NCBI RefSeq assembly: GCF_016432865.1
Contig: NC_067399.1
Location: forward strand, 407,898,001-407,962,000
Direction: 5' to 3'
DNA length: 64,000 nt
From: Antechinus flavipes
Taxonomy: Eukaryota
Shown here: piece by piece, positions 25,365 to 37,919 of the stretch
How the letters are laid out: each line of letters begins with the position of its first letter
How positions within the stretch are numbered: the first letter of the stretch is position 1
Notes under the pieces: generated by a model
Database searches by the model: none
The model's input: the letters and a program-made list of their open reading frames with translations, nothing else
What the model was told of the DNA's origin: nothing
Program-made: the position numbers and the translations under genes

Positions 25365-26325
25365 TCTTACTGGCTTCCTTGACTTCCTTTAAATTCTAGC
25401 TTAAGTCCCATCTGCAAGAAACTTTTTTCTTTTTTTTCTTTTTTTAAAGTTTTCTTTATTTTAATATACATTGCTTTAAGAATCATGTTGGAAGAGAAAA
25501 ATCAGAACAAAAGGGAAAAACCATGATAGAGAAAAAAAACAGAAAAAAGAAGTGAACATAGCATGTGTTGATTTGCATTCAACCTCCATAGCTTTTTTTT
25601 TTTTTTTTTTCTTTTTTTCCCCTATATGGCATTTTTATTCAAAGTCTGTTAGGATTGCTTTGGATAACTCAACCAATGAGAAGAACCAAGTCTGTCATCA
25701 TGCATGCTTGCTGCTACTGGGTACAATATATTCTTTGTTGTTCTTGTTTCTCTCAGCATCAGTTCATATAAATCTTTTTAGGTCTTTCTAAAATCAGCTT
25801 GTTCATCATTTTTTACAACACAACAACCTTCCATTACTTTCATGTACCTCAACTTGTTCAGCCATTCCCCAATTAATGGGCATATACTCATTTTCCATTT
25901 CTCTGCTACTATAAAAAAGAGCTGCTACAAACATTTTTGTACATGTGGGTCCTTTTCCCTTTTATGATTCAGGAAGACTTTTTCAACTCTTATTAATTCT
26001 AATGCCTTCCCTCTTTTATTTATTTCCTATTTATCCTGTAGATAGTTTCTTTGTATATATATTTTTTGGTTATTATCTTCCCAATTAGATTGTGAACTCC
26101 TCAAGAGNNNNNNNNNNNNNNNNNNNNNNNNNNNNNNNNNNNNNNNNNNNNNNNNNNNNNNNNNNNNNNNNNNNNNNNNNNNNNNNNNNNNNNNNNNNNN
26201 NNNNNNNNNNNNNNNNNNNNNNNNNNNNNNNNNNNNNNNNNNNNNNNNNNNNNNNNNNNNNNNNNNNNNGGGTTTAGCAGTGGAACACAGTACGTTCTTA
26301 ATAAATGTTTACTGGCTGACTTATT
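25365..26325 (+). mobile_element. L2 3' region interrupted by an L1 and a gap
   Basis: ctggcttccttgacttcctttaaattctagcttaagtccc before the L1; aatgccttccctct...cccaattagattgtgaactcc...ttaataaatgtttactggctga after it. Confidence 0.7.
25420..25965 (-). mobile_element. L1 3' fragment inserted in L2
   Basis: T-rich tail, L1 3' UTR, ttgttcagccattccccaattaatgggcat...gagctgctacaaacatttttgtacatgtgggtcc. Confidence 0.9.
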
Positions 26326-26737
26326 CAAGGTCACATGGCTATTTAGTGAAAATTGAGACTTGAACCTAGTAGCCTGACTCTTAATCCAGTGCTCTTTCCA
26401 CCAGAGTCATCATTAGTATGAAACAACTAGGATTTTGTACCAAGAAGGTGAGTAGAACTATAGAGCAGAAGGATCTTGTGTTTTTTTAGTTTTTTTCCCC
26501 CCTCCTGTTGATGATTACTATTATCTCTGTATCTTGCCTTGTACTTTCCTCTGGCCCACTCTGCCACTGCCCCATGTCCTATCATCAGGGATCCCTTTTC
26601 AGAGGCTCCACATTCTCCTTTAACCTCTAGTCTCTCATCTGAATTTATCCTAAGCACAGGAATGTTTACCATACCAACTTGAAATCCATAGCCATATCCA
26701 TAAGCATATAATTTTTGTCTGTTTTGTATTTTGTGTG

Positions 26738-27005
26738 TTTTTTTTTTTTTTTTTTGGTTGAGATGGAGTTTCCCTATATCACCCATTTCTACAAGCTGTG
26801 CCCTTTTCTGTTTCTGATCTGGACTAGTTTGTTCCTTCTTAGAATTCCTGGTGGTCCTTGTGCCTAGGACATCAACATATAGGTGCCAGAATTAGTCTTA
26901 TTAGTTTTAGCCTTTCTCTAGCTCAGAATTTCTGAACTCAAGTATTTGATCAGCCTTAGCCTCCCTTGCTGCATGGGTTACAGTTGTATGCCATCATACA
27001 TCTAC
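26738..27005 (-). pseudogene. 7SL (SRP RNA)-derived retrocopy with poly(A), P7SL-like
   Basis: The reverse complement reads atgatggcatacaactgtaaccc..gggaggctaaggctg..cttgagttcagaaattctgagct..ggaccaccagg..ctaagaagg..ccagatcagaaacag..atagggaaactccatctc plus A18. It is collinear with the 7SL Alu and S domains, with CpG decay. Confidence 0.88.
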
Positions 27006-27149
27006 ATATTTTTAAAATGATCCCAACTTCCTTGAATCTCTACTAGAATCCTACCTCTTTCAGGAAGGCTTCCCTAATCCTTCTTCATTCTAGTTTATTT
27101 GTTTATTTAGATTTTTTTTTTGACAAGGTGAAAGAGGAAATTGAATCTT

Positions 27150-27375
27150 TGCCTCAATTGCTACCAAGCCTCAATCACTGAATGAATGTCATGTCCGTCA
27201 AAGTGAGACCTGTATCTGGCCACTGGACCCACTGGAAGGGAAAGTGAGGCTATGCTTGTTTCTCCCATTAGATTAGGAGTTCATTGAGGGCAGGGACTGT
27301 TTTTTGCCTTTTGTATTTCCAGTGCTCAGGACAGCGTCTGATATATTGGCTATTAATAAATTATTATTGATTAAT
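27150..27375 (+). mobile_element. RTE-SINE fragment followed by an L2 3' end
   Basis: caagcctcaatcactgaatg...ggccactggacccactggaagggaaagtgaggct; cccattagattaggagttcattgagggcagggactg...ttaataaattattattgattaa. Confidence 0.7.
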
Positions 27376-28779
27376 TTTAGTGAACTACTGAGGTATTTTT
27401 GCTGCTGAAATCCAGAACATAATCCTTACCCTCAAGGAATGCTATCTTTAGCAGAAAAATGACCCTCCCAATTTGCTAAAGGCCTTCCCTGAAATGGAAT
27501 TTGATCAGGTCACAGACTGATGATTATTATTTTCTATTTTTTTCCCCTCAAAGAGTAGAAATATTATTCAAAGTACTAAAGGAGCAGAACTGGGTGTGAG
27601 CCCAACGCTGCTGAAAGGGTCTTTTCATGATACATAGGTAACCTGCAGCAACCTCTAGTCCTCTCCCAAGCCATCAGATGGGGGCAGGAAAGGTTTCTGG
27701 ACTTGGGTTCTGTCAGGCAATGCAGAAGTCCCATGATATATGACCTGAAAAAGTTTATCTTGCTCTGGGAAAAAAAAGACCTTGGAACCAATACTTCTCA
27801 ATCTGAAGCCAATAAAAACATCTTAAAATAACGCCCCCTCCTCCCTCCCTGCCCCTTCCCCTGGCCAAGGAAAAATGGAGAGAGTTGGTGGGGTGCGTGC
27901 GTGGGGGTGTGGAATCAGATCAGGGAAGAGGGGGCAGAGTGATCAGGAGCTATTCGGTTTCAAGGTCTAGGAACATTGTTGTGGGCATTGCAATCCTAAT
28001 GATTTATAATGAACTCCAATATGAAGACTCAAATGCCATGCACTTTCCTAACAGCACTACAAAAATAACCACATTTACAGTGTCTGCAAAATTGGAAACA
28101 AATGTCTCAAAGCAAACAAGGATTCCTTGCTGTCCTACCCAAACTTTGGAGGAAGAAAAATACTGGAACTCAATCATTACCACAAATGATAAGCCAATAT
28201 CATTTGTCATGGGAAATTCATCTGGGCAAAACTAGATTGCTCCATTACCTCTCGATGACTCTGACAAATAACCATACTGAAATATCTTAAATTAAAAGCA
28301 GCCAGGATTTAGCTTCAAACCTCCCCTCCCACCCCCCAACCTTTCTGGCTGCTACATTTTGTTTCTCCTACTCTTTTATCCTTTCCTTCCCCTCCAAAAC
28401 CCTCAAGGAACTGAAAGTGAAAAGCAGTTAACTACCCCCTCATCCCTGGCTCATGGTGGAATAAAGTGTGGTCATAAAAAGCAATAAGTGATTTGGAGGT
28501 GGCCCAGAATAGGTGAGGTGACCTTTTCTTCAGTGTTGCATGGTGGCTTGGTTGGGTGGGATGAGGTAAACCTAAGACTAGAGTTGAGACCTTAATTCTT
28601 AGCGTCTTTAGTTCAGAGGTTTTACACAAAAATGTAATAGATCTATATGGTTTTATCTCTGTCTTTCTATGCCCAGTCAAGAGAAAAAACACCTGCTATT
28701 AGCTTGCTTTCAGTTTTTAGCTTATTATTAGGGATGTATATTGCCAAAGGTAGGACTGCAAGGGTGAAAGTTGTTGGCA

Positions 28780-28980
28780 ATCAAATGGAGTTGTCCAAAA
28801 GTGGGATGAATTACCTCAATAGATAGTGAGTTTCTTATCACTACAGGTTTCTAAACAGAGTCTGGATGAAAAAATTAAAAAAAAATTGTTAGCTTACCGT
28901 AGAGAGGATTCCCATTCAATTATGAGTTGGGCTAGATGGCCTTTGAGTTTCTTTGGACTCTGAAAGTGTTATTCTGAATT
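28780..28980 (+). mobile_element. L3/CR1 3' end
   Basis: gttgtccaaaagtgggatgaattacctc...gtgagtttcttatcact...gggctagatggcctttgag...actctgaa. Confidence 0.7.
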
Positions 28981-29034
28981 TCTATCTATTTTTGTCTTCT
29001 TAGGTCAAGTATTTTATCCTTTTAGGACATTTGG

Positions 29035-29505
29035 ATATCCCATTAGCATCTCAAACTTAACATGTCTCAACCTGAATACACCTTCTTTCTCAAAACCTTA
29101 CGTTTTTCACACTTCCTTATTTTTGTTGAAGGTGCCATCATCTTTCCAGTCACCTTGGTTTGTAACTAGGTAGCCATTATTGACTCATTTTTTCCTCTTC
29201 TTTTCCTCCAGTTCATAATAATTATTTGCTATCTTGGTTAATTTTTTTTTTCTTTTAAAACTCACAAACTTTAACAAGATTAAGAAACCCTGATTTAGGA
29301 TCATAGAATCCTAGATTTAGAACTAGAAGGTCCAGTTTAATCTTTCATTTTTTTAGAAGAGGAAACCATCACTTAGGTGTCTGTCTTGAATCTCTCAGAG
29401 GACTGTAAGTCCCTTGAGGGCAGATAGTGTTCTATTTTTATCTTTGTGTACCCAGTGCCTTACATAGAGCAGATGTGTAATAAGCATTTGTTGAATTGAC
29501 TTGAA
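29035..29505 (+). mobile_element. L2 fragments with an intervening antisense MIR3 piece
   Basis: agcatctcaaacttaacatgtc...ccatcatctttccagtcac; 3' end gactgtaagtcccttgagggcag...gcatttgttgaattgac. Confidence 0.7.
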
Positions 29506-31422
29506 TATTTTCAAAACTGTGGTTCTGTTGGGCCTCAGGAGATTTCTATAACCTTCCCAGTCTTTCTACAAATCTCTCTCCCTTACTACCATATACTCTG
29601 GAGATAGGAGACAAGGGCCAGTAATCTCATGTGAGAAGGGATGCAAAGAGTAGAAACCTTTAAAAATGACAAACTTAAAGGGAGCAAGTAATAAAATATG
29701 AACTTGATAATTATCTGAGAATAGACTATGGGGAAGGGCATAGGCTTAGTTGAATTGTATGCAAAGAAGATGCAAATTCCATACATGATTTTTATGCATA
29801 TTTATATTCCTATTTTACAGACTTGGATGTAGTTCTCCTGGGAAAATTCTATCTTCCTCTATCTTTTTGAAAGCCTTATTTCTATGACTGAAACACATTC
29901 AAACTCTACCCAAAAGGCAGCTTGATGGAAATAGTAGAGGAAATTCTCATCTCTTGTTCTTCAGTTGTAAGAAAGTAGTTTTTTAAAAAAAGGAACTCTT
30001 TTCACTGGAAAAAAAATTAAAAATCTTAGAACGTTTGAACTTTGAAACTTTATACTTTGCATGGCAGCTCTCTGCTCCTTCCTGACTTTCCCTAAAAGGT
30101 GTGATTTATCAAAATCATTAACCTGCTGTGAACAAGAAAAACATAGTATTTTACAAACCTCAGAGTATGAAGTGGAGGCTTATTAGACTTTCTAGTGCAT
30201 GCATATAAGTGTTTATCTGCCTCAATTTTGAAATGGCTCATATGGCTTTAGGTGTACATAAGCTTATTTGCTACAAGACATATGAACTTTGCAGTGACCC
30301 CAGCCTTAAAGAGTTTATTCATTTATTTATTTATATTAAGTCTCTCCCCCTCCCATATAGCCCTTTAATTTGGTGCTTTCTCCTTTCTCTCCTCCCTCTA
30401 CTCTTCCCACCCCCAACTTCTTTTTTTTTTTTCTTTATCTTGGTCTTAACAAGGAAATTAAATGTCAAATAAATCTAAAAAATCCAGTGTTATAATTTGT
30501 AAATGTAAACACAAAACTGAGGCAATGCCAAAGTTAAGGTCTTTCTGGTTGTGTGCTAATTAGGCTGCACATTTAAAATCTTAAACATATGCAAAGTGCT
30601 AGAATTCTTGTGGCTAAAAGAAGCTTAATTTGTGTAGCTCCTGACACTTGTGTATGTAATTTTGCAACATTCATTATAATCACCACATCAACAAATATTT
30701 GTTGAGTCTCCACTACACGTATAACGGTGGGCTAAGTGTTCCACAGAATGTGGAGAAATAAGAGCCGCTGTCGAGAAATGGTGGATGCCATGTCTGTAGT
30801 TTCAAGGCCATGTTTATGATGATTTGAAATCTTTCCCTTTTTTTCCCCTGAGGAAATATCTCTGTCATTTCTGGTCATGGACAACAAAGAGACAGCACTG
30901 GTTCAAAAGGATGAAGATTAGTAGAAGTGTATAAAGCAAATACTTCAGTTTTAGACAAGTTAGAGACAAGCTGAAGGAAGTCATAATAAACTGTGAAAGA
31001 TCAGGCAGAGATTACATACCTAGACAGACCCAGTCCAGAGTCCTGATAAGTACAAGGAATATTGATACCGTCAAACAAGATACTGGAGCTAATTAAAACT
31101 GACTTATGAGAGTCAATCTTTAAATTTTTAATGTGAACATTGGTACCTCAGAAATAAGTAAATACTACAAATCAGGACTAGATTTATTGTTTGGTTGACT
31201 GTTTATACTTAAGAAAGGGATGGAGAAAAAGTTAATAAGGTAGAATAAGCACAAAAGGGTACTGTACATACACTCTTTTTTCTTGGAGGGTTGATTATCA
31301 AATTTTACCAGCACACCATTGGTTGAATTCTAATGGAAAGAGTTTTGGATTTGGATTCAGAAGACCTGGCTGAAATCTGAACTCTGCTACAAACTACTTG
31401 TGTTTCTTGAGATAAGTCACTT

Positions 31423-31640
31423 TTGTTATTGTTCAGTTAATTTTCAGTTGTGGTGACTCTTCATGATCCCACTTGGGGTTTTCTTGGTAGAAATACTGAA
31501 GCAGGTTGCTGTTTTCTTTTTTAGTTCATTTTACAGATGAGAAAACTAAGACAAACAGGATTAAATGACTTGCTCAGGATCACACAATTGGTAAGTGTCT
31601 AAGGTAGCATTTGAACTCTGGAAGATGAGTCTCACTGACT
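31423..31640 (-). mobile_element. MAR1-type CORE-SINE
   Basis: ttgttattgttcag...gactcttcatgatcccacttggggttttcttgg...cattttacagatgagaaaactaagac...gacttgctcaggatcacac. Confidence 0.85.
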
Positions 31641-32824
31641 CATGTAGTGGTCCTTCTTCAACTCTCTAATCCATAAAATGAGGGGTTGTATTAGTTGATA
31701 AATGAAATCCCTTCCAGCTCCAAATCTCTGATCCCCTGATCCTTTTCCTAAAGACAAAGACTTCTTATTATCTTCTAGATGTGAACAGATGTGTCGATGG
31801 ATATTGATGGTGTCCAGAGGGCTATAAGCTTGTATAACAGAAACAAGCACAAGATGGAGGAGTCTAATCAATGAAGAATACCTATTGGGAGATGAATCTC
31901 AGGAACTCCAACCATATCCAATACTCAAGGAAGAGGTATCTAAACCAGCTAGGTATTGTTTCTAGTGCTGGAATACCCAATTCAACAGAAACTAGAAAAC
32001 AAGTAAAACTCTGACAAGATTATAGTGGATCAGATGAGGCAAAGTGGGATTTCCTCTTCTTTTATTTGTGGTGTTGTTTGTGGTCCTCACTGCTCCACCT
32101 TCAGTAAGAACATTTATTCCAAAATTTGTGTGACATGTTTGTGGTTGGAAATTTTTTGGAGGGTGAGAGGAGGTGGGGCAGGAGGGAGGATGCTTTTGTG
32201 GTTCATGGTCATATCCTGTGCTGCTTGGAAGCCAGAACTAAGAAAGCTTCCAAATGGGCATCTGATCAGTGATGACTCAGCTTGGCTCCAGCTATCTGGT
32301 CCTTCACATCTGACCTCAATTTCCCACCACTGGAGATTTCCAAGTAGTGGACATCTTTGTGAAAGACTGTGTTACACTGTAGGTGAAGACTGCTGCTGAC
32401 TGAAGTTAAGGACAGAGATTCTAGCATTATCTTATAATTTTAGACCCAATTTACCATTAAATTGGACAAACCTATGATGCCAGAATCAAGGGACTCAGTG
32501 CCCTTTTTTGTTTCCCTTTTTAAACTAACATTGTCATGTGGAGAGTACATCTCTGAAGAAACTCTCTTTGCTTGTTGGAGCCTGGGTGGTCTAATTAAAA
32601 AGCCTTTTGTTGAACATTCTGTAGTTCAATAGCAACAGCTGTACAGTGGAAGCCAGCTCACACCTCTTTCCATGACTAACTGTGGACAACTGCCAGCTTT
32701 GATGAAATCAGGCAGGCTTTAGCAAATGTGTTCAGATATCACACTTCTCTTCACTTTTCTCTTATCCATCCAAGGTGAGATTGAGAGCTCAGATGAACCT
32801 TGTGAGTAATAAAAACAACAACGT

Positions 32825-32995
32825 TTTTAATATGTTAAGGTACAGAAAACATTTTGTTTGCAACTCCCTCTTGAGATAGGTAGTACAAATATTATTATTC
32901 CAATATTATAGATAAGGAAATAGTCTCAGAGGGTTAGTGATTTGACTAAGGTCATTGGGTAATAAGAGTAGAAGCTGGGATTAAGATTTCAACCT
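32825..32995 (-). mobile_element. MIR
   Basis: gagataggtagtacaaatattattattccaatattatagataaggaaatagtctcagagggttagtgatttgactaaggtca. Confidence 0.7.
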
Positions 32996-33628
32996 TTGTT
33001 TGAAATCAGCAGCTGCTCTTTGCAATAGGCTACCCTGAATAGGCAGAATAATCCATGTGTATGGGATAAGTGGGTCCCAAAAGAGAGATATGAATGTGAT
33101 AAGATCAACTTTGCCTATTTCATATTTTGCCATGTTTCTATGGGGTGAAGTTAGAAAGATCTGTTTTCATTCATTTCTCATTCTACTTCTTTCAAGATTT
33201 AGTGATGAGTGTTAGAACTAGATATCATCATCATCAATATCCATAAGCATTTATTGATCATCTATTCTATGTAAACACCACATTAGCCATTGGGAAATAC
33301 CGAAAGATATACACCAGAGTCCCTGTCTTTAAGATGATATTGATTCACTATAAACTCTCTTTTCTCCCAGTTTATTCATCTTGAAATGACATTCCCTGAT
33401 CTCTTCCTTTTTCCTCAAGAGTCTGATAACGAAGGGACAGTTCTCCTTGTCAAGGCCATCCTCTCTATATGTATTCTGGTTTCCCTTTGCTCCTATCTTC
33501 TCCAGCATACCAAATGCTTGATTGTTTTTGATTGACTAATTGATCTTTCCTCTCTAATCTTCAATCTTTCCTTGTCTATGTATAACTTCTTTATTGCCTT
33601 CAAACAGGTGCAGCTCTCATCTGTCCTT

Positions 33629-33631
<3 letters not shown>

Positions 33632-33679
<48 letters not shown>
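33632..33679. repeat. (CA)n microsatellite
   Basis: About 24 perfect AC units. Confidence 0.99.
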
Positions 33680-33681
<2 letters not shown>

Positions 33682-34217
33682 TAGCTAGACTTAAAAATTT
33701 CCTTAAGCTATCGTCTTAAATATCCTCCTTTTCCCACATAAACTTCTAGGGGAAAAAAATGCTATATTCACTTATTGGTTTCATTCCTCCAACCTTTGCA
33801 GTATGATTTCTGATCTCATCATTCAACTGAAGCTATTTTCTCCAAAGTTACCAATGAATCACCAAATCTGATTTTTTTTAATCCTCATTTTTCTTAGCTT
33901 CTGTGCTTCATTTGATATTAATGAACAGTTTTTCCTACTGGATGTTCTTTTATCACTGGGGTTGCATGATATAATTCTCTCCTAATTCTTCTCCTGCCTA
34001 TTCTACTGCTCCTTTTAAAAATTTCATTGTTGGCTCATTATCCGTTTGATGGCCCCAAATTGTGAGCGTTCCTCAAGGTTCTGTCTTCCTTTTCTCTCCT
34101 TGTTCTCTCTTGGTGACCTCACCAACCTCTAAGGATTTAATTATCATCTCTATTCCCGGATCTATATATCTAGTCAAAGGCTTTCCCCTGAGCTCTATTG
34201 CCACATTTGTGTTCTAT

Positions 34218-35350
34218 TTCGTTTTTAAAGATCAATGACATCATGAGTGATATCTTGACTTTCATGTGAACTGAATTTAAGTGAGTCACAAAATTGTTTA
34301 CCTCTCTCTTCCTGAGTCATCAAAGCCCAATGACAAGAATCTTGATTAGAGATTGACTAGAGAAATGCAGATAAAACAACCTTGAGATATCATTTTACCT
34401 CGATTAGATTGGTTAAAATGATCGAAGGGGAAAGTGACAAATATAGGAGGGATGTGGGAAAATTGGGACACTAATTCACTGTTGGTGAACAGTGAACGGG
34501 TCCAAACATTTTGGAGAACAACCTGGAGTTATGCCCAAAGAATTATAAACTGCCCTTTGACTCAGCAATACCACTACTAAGTGTGTTCTCTAAAATGATC
34601 AGGGTAAAAAAGAAAAGAACCTATATATATTTTAAAATATTTATGACAGCTTGCTAAGTAGTAGCAAAGACCTAGAAACTGTAGGGATGCCTGTCAATTG
34701 GGTAATGAACAAACTGTGGCATATGATCTTGATAGAAGAAATGATATTGCTAGAAGAAATGATGAACTCTATGACCTTAGAAAACCAGATAAACTTGCAC
34801 AAAAAATGAAGAGCAAAATGAGCAGAACCAAGAGAACTCTGTATATAATAATAACAATATTGTTTTAAGAATAACTAAATAATTTTGACTATTATAAATA
34901 CCCAAATTAACCACAAAGGACATGAAGGAAGAAGCTATCTACATTCAGAAGAACTGCTAAATAGAAATATATATAGAACAGTTTTGCATGCATGCATACA
35001 CACATACACACACATTTGTGTTTACTGGCAGCCATCTTGAGGGCAGGGAGTTACATGATACCTTTATTATATATTTAAAAGGAAGTTGTGCATAGTAATT
35101 TTTCAGTTTGATATACAATCATCCCTTTTTTTTTTTCATTTGGCTATGTTATGGAAATGATTGTTTTATTTCTTAAGTTCAGAATGAAAAAAAAAGACAA
35201 AAGTCAAGTGGTCTGGGATACAATGGATATCTTTGCTGTTATTGATGCCCGACCAAGCTCTAAGCACTCCATCGTATCTGCGTCAGCTGCCTTTATAGCT
35301 ATTGCATTAAATTGTTCTGATCTACTCATTCTGCTCCAAGAAGTCTCACA
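34218..35350 (-). mobile_element. RTE-SINE (same family as 18612-19160), split by an L1
   Basis: 3' part 34218-34345 (aaagatcaatgacatcatgagtgatatcttgac) and continuation 35198-35350 (ctgggatacaatggatatctttg...gaccaagctctaagcactcca). Confidence 0.8.
34358..35195 (+). mobile_element. L1 3' fragment
   Basis: agagaaatgcagataaaacaaccttgagatatc...gggatgtgggaaaattgggacactaattcactgttggtg...tttgactcagcaataccactacta; 3' UTR and A-tail. Confidence 0.9.
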
Positions 35351-35653
35351 TATTTGGAATAGACATTTCCCCAAACTCATTGATGGGTTTGAGGCCTTGG
35401 TATTTTAAACTCAATACATCAAAGCACAACCCATCATTGTTCTTCTTAATATCCTCCTCCCCCGTTTCTGTCAAAGGTACCACCTCTTTTTCATCTTCCA
35501 GATTTGTAATCTTGGTATTATTCTCAACTTCCCTCTCTCTCTTACTATTCACCCCAATCCAAATCAACTAACAAATCTTGCCATTTTCATCTTTGCAATA
35601 TCTCTCTCATTTGCTGTTTTTTTCTTCATTATTTCAATCATCTTAGTGTAGAC

Positions 35654-35854
35654 CAGTGATTCTCAAACTTTTGTTCTCAAAGTTTTTGTTGTTAAAAAAC
35701 TATCGAGGATATGTTCAAAGAGTTTTTGTTCACATGGGTTATATTTATAGCTATTTACTATATTAGAAATAAAAAATAATTTTGAATTTGTAGACCCTCT
35801 GAAAGGGTTTCAGAGACCCCAAAAATTCTTTGGACTACACTTTGAGGACCACTG
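35654..35854. mobile_element. hAT-Charlie MITE with perfect 8-bp TSD
   Basis: TIRs cagtgattctcaaa / tttgaggaccactg; TSD gtgtagac at 35646-35653 and 35855-35862. Confidence 0.93.
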
Positions 35855-37919
35855 GTGTAGACCCTTAGTACTTCTTGCCTGGATTGCTACAATGGCTTTC
35901 TAATTGGACTCCCATATTTCATAAAGCTGCCAAATGATTTTCCTTAAGTGTCCATCTGAATACATTACTTCACTTCTCATAAGATTTCAATGTTTCCATA
36001 TTNNNNNNNNNNNNNNNNNNNNNNNNNNNNNNNNNNNNNNNNNNNNNNNNNNNNNNNNNNNNNNNNNNNNNNNNNNNNNNNNNNNNNNNNNNNNNNNNNN
36101 NNNNNNNNNNNNNNNNNNNNNNNNNNNNNNNNNNNNNNNNNNNNNNNNNNNNNNNNNNNNNNNNNCCAGCACCATTATATATTATTCCTGATCCCTCAGT
36201 CTACAATTCAGCTACACTGGTCTTCTCTTTACTCCTGACACATGATACTCCATTTTCTGCCTTGAAATCTTTGCACTTTCCATCCTCCATGCATGAAATG
36301 CACTCAGATCTCTCCTCTCCTTCTCTTCCTTCAATATGCAATTCAAGTACTACATGGAGATTTTCTTGGTACCCATAACTATTAATACTTGTTCTTTCTT
36401 ATTACTGTTATTCATTTTGTTATATTTGTTATTATCTATATACCAGTAAATGTGCATGTTGTCTTTCCTGATAAAATTAAGTTTTTTTTTAATAGTATGT
36501 ATTGTTTTATTTTTTGGTATTTATATTCACCTAATTCAGTGTCTGGCTTAAAGGAGGAGCTTAAAAATATTTGTTGATTGATTGATCTACCTATAGTCAA
36601 TCCAAAGGCTTCTGTGGTTTTTGCTAGCATCTGGGGAAGGCTTACATGAGAAGTCAAGGGCCATTTACTTCTATTGTAGGTTAATCTCAAGGCCAGTGAA
36701 TTTGGTTGTCCAAGATAAATTGTCAGAAGAAGACTGAGTCCTTTGTAGTTATTAAACATTGGGTCTCCTGGAAACCCTGTTTTGGAGACAGTTAAAATGA
36801 GGCTTAGTTGTTAACTGATGACACATCAAATCAGCAGTGGAGCTGATAATATAAGCCAGCAGTTTTGATTTTCCAGTCTCCTAGAATAGAAAATAAAGAC
36901 ATGTCACACATTCTGCTCAAGCAATGGGGAGCCTGCCCAAGGCTTCCAACGTTCCAACATCTGGGTGGTTTGCAAAGTTAACTAGTTGACAGCAAGAGTG
37001 CAATGGAGAGGAACAAAGGCCAAGGAAACAGTGTTCAGGAAACCCAAAGAACTCTAGATGTAAGGCTCAGAGCCAGGAACTACACCATTGCCTAGAGACA
37101 GTACCAGGAAAATGGAGAAGCAAGTTAGAGTCCACAATTCTCTCTCATTAGAAACATTACCAAGACCACTAATGCTTAATAACTGCAGAAAGAATAAAAC
37201 TGAATTATTTTTCTTTTTCAAAGAACTCACCCTTGGGTAATAGGGTAATGCTACTTTTTTTCATCTCCAAAGATGACATTGGGGAAACGAGGCAGTCTGA
37301 TAAATATAATTTAACAAAGCTATTGAAGGAGAGGAGGAAGGTGATGAGGCTCTCTGTTCTAGCTAGAATTAGGGTATATCTGCAAAATTATGACTTTCCT
37401 GGCTGTATTTACCTAATGAACTCAACTTCAGCTCCATTAAGGAGTGTGAGACCGGATTGAAAAGTTCCTTTGTTCACGTGCCTGACTGATTTAATGTTTC
37501 TTCTTATTAGAGATGTGGCCAAAATCTGCTTCACACCTTAACTTATGACTTCTTCCATGCCTTAACTTTTGATATCTTTTCAAACATTTCCTCATGTCTT
37601 GGATACCTACATCATTGCCTGCTCTGAACTTAGACAAATGCTCACCTGATATTTTAGGTTTTATCTGGGCTATTGGTCCTGGTTAATTCTGTGAACCTGT
37701 ATCCAGGTTCATATGTCTAAGGGGTTGAAGTAAAGCTAGACCTCCTTTCTTATAAAAACCCAATTATGAAATTAAGTTAGTGCTGTACCAAGATAAATGA
37801 ATTACACATTTTTTTTTTCTGAAAAGACATTATTTGCACCATTGATAAACTTTTTCTTATTGTGGACCACCTAATCTCTGGAGATGAGTATGTTAAGAAT
37901 ATCTTATTAGAGAATAACA

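Larger units (their letters stand above)
33350..36590 (+). mobile_element. Long L2 remnant (RT region to 3' end) hosting nested insertions
   Basis: RT-region DNA (ttcaactgaagctattttctccaaagttaccaatga; gcgttcctcaaggttctgtc) to 34210; resumes 35350-35653, 35855-36002 and 36166-36590, ending aaaatatttgttgattgattga. Confidence 0.85.

Noticed and set aside
26738-27005. Functional 7SL RNA gene or Alu (primate contamination)
   Set aside because: It shows heavy CpG decay, internal deletions and a poly(A) tail. It is monomeric, retains the S domain, and sits among marsupial repeats.
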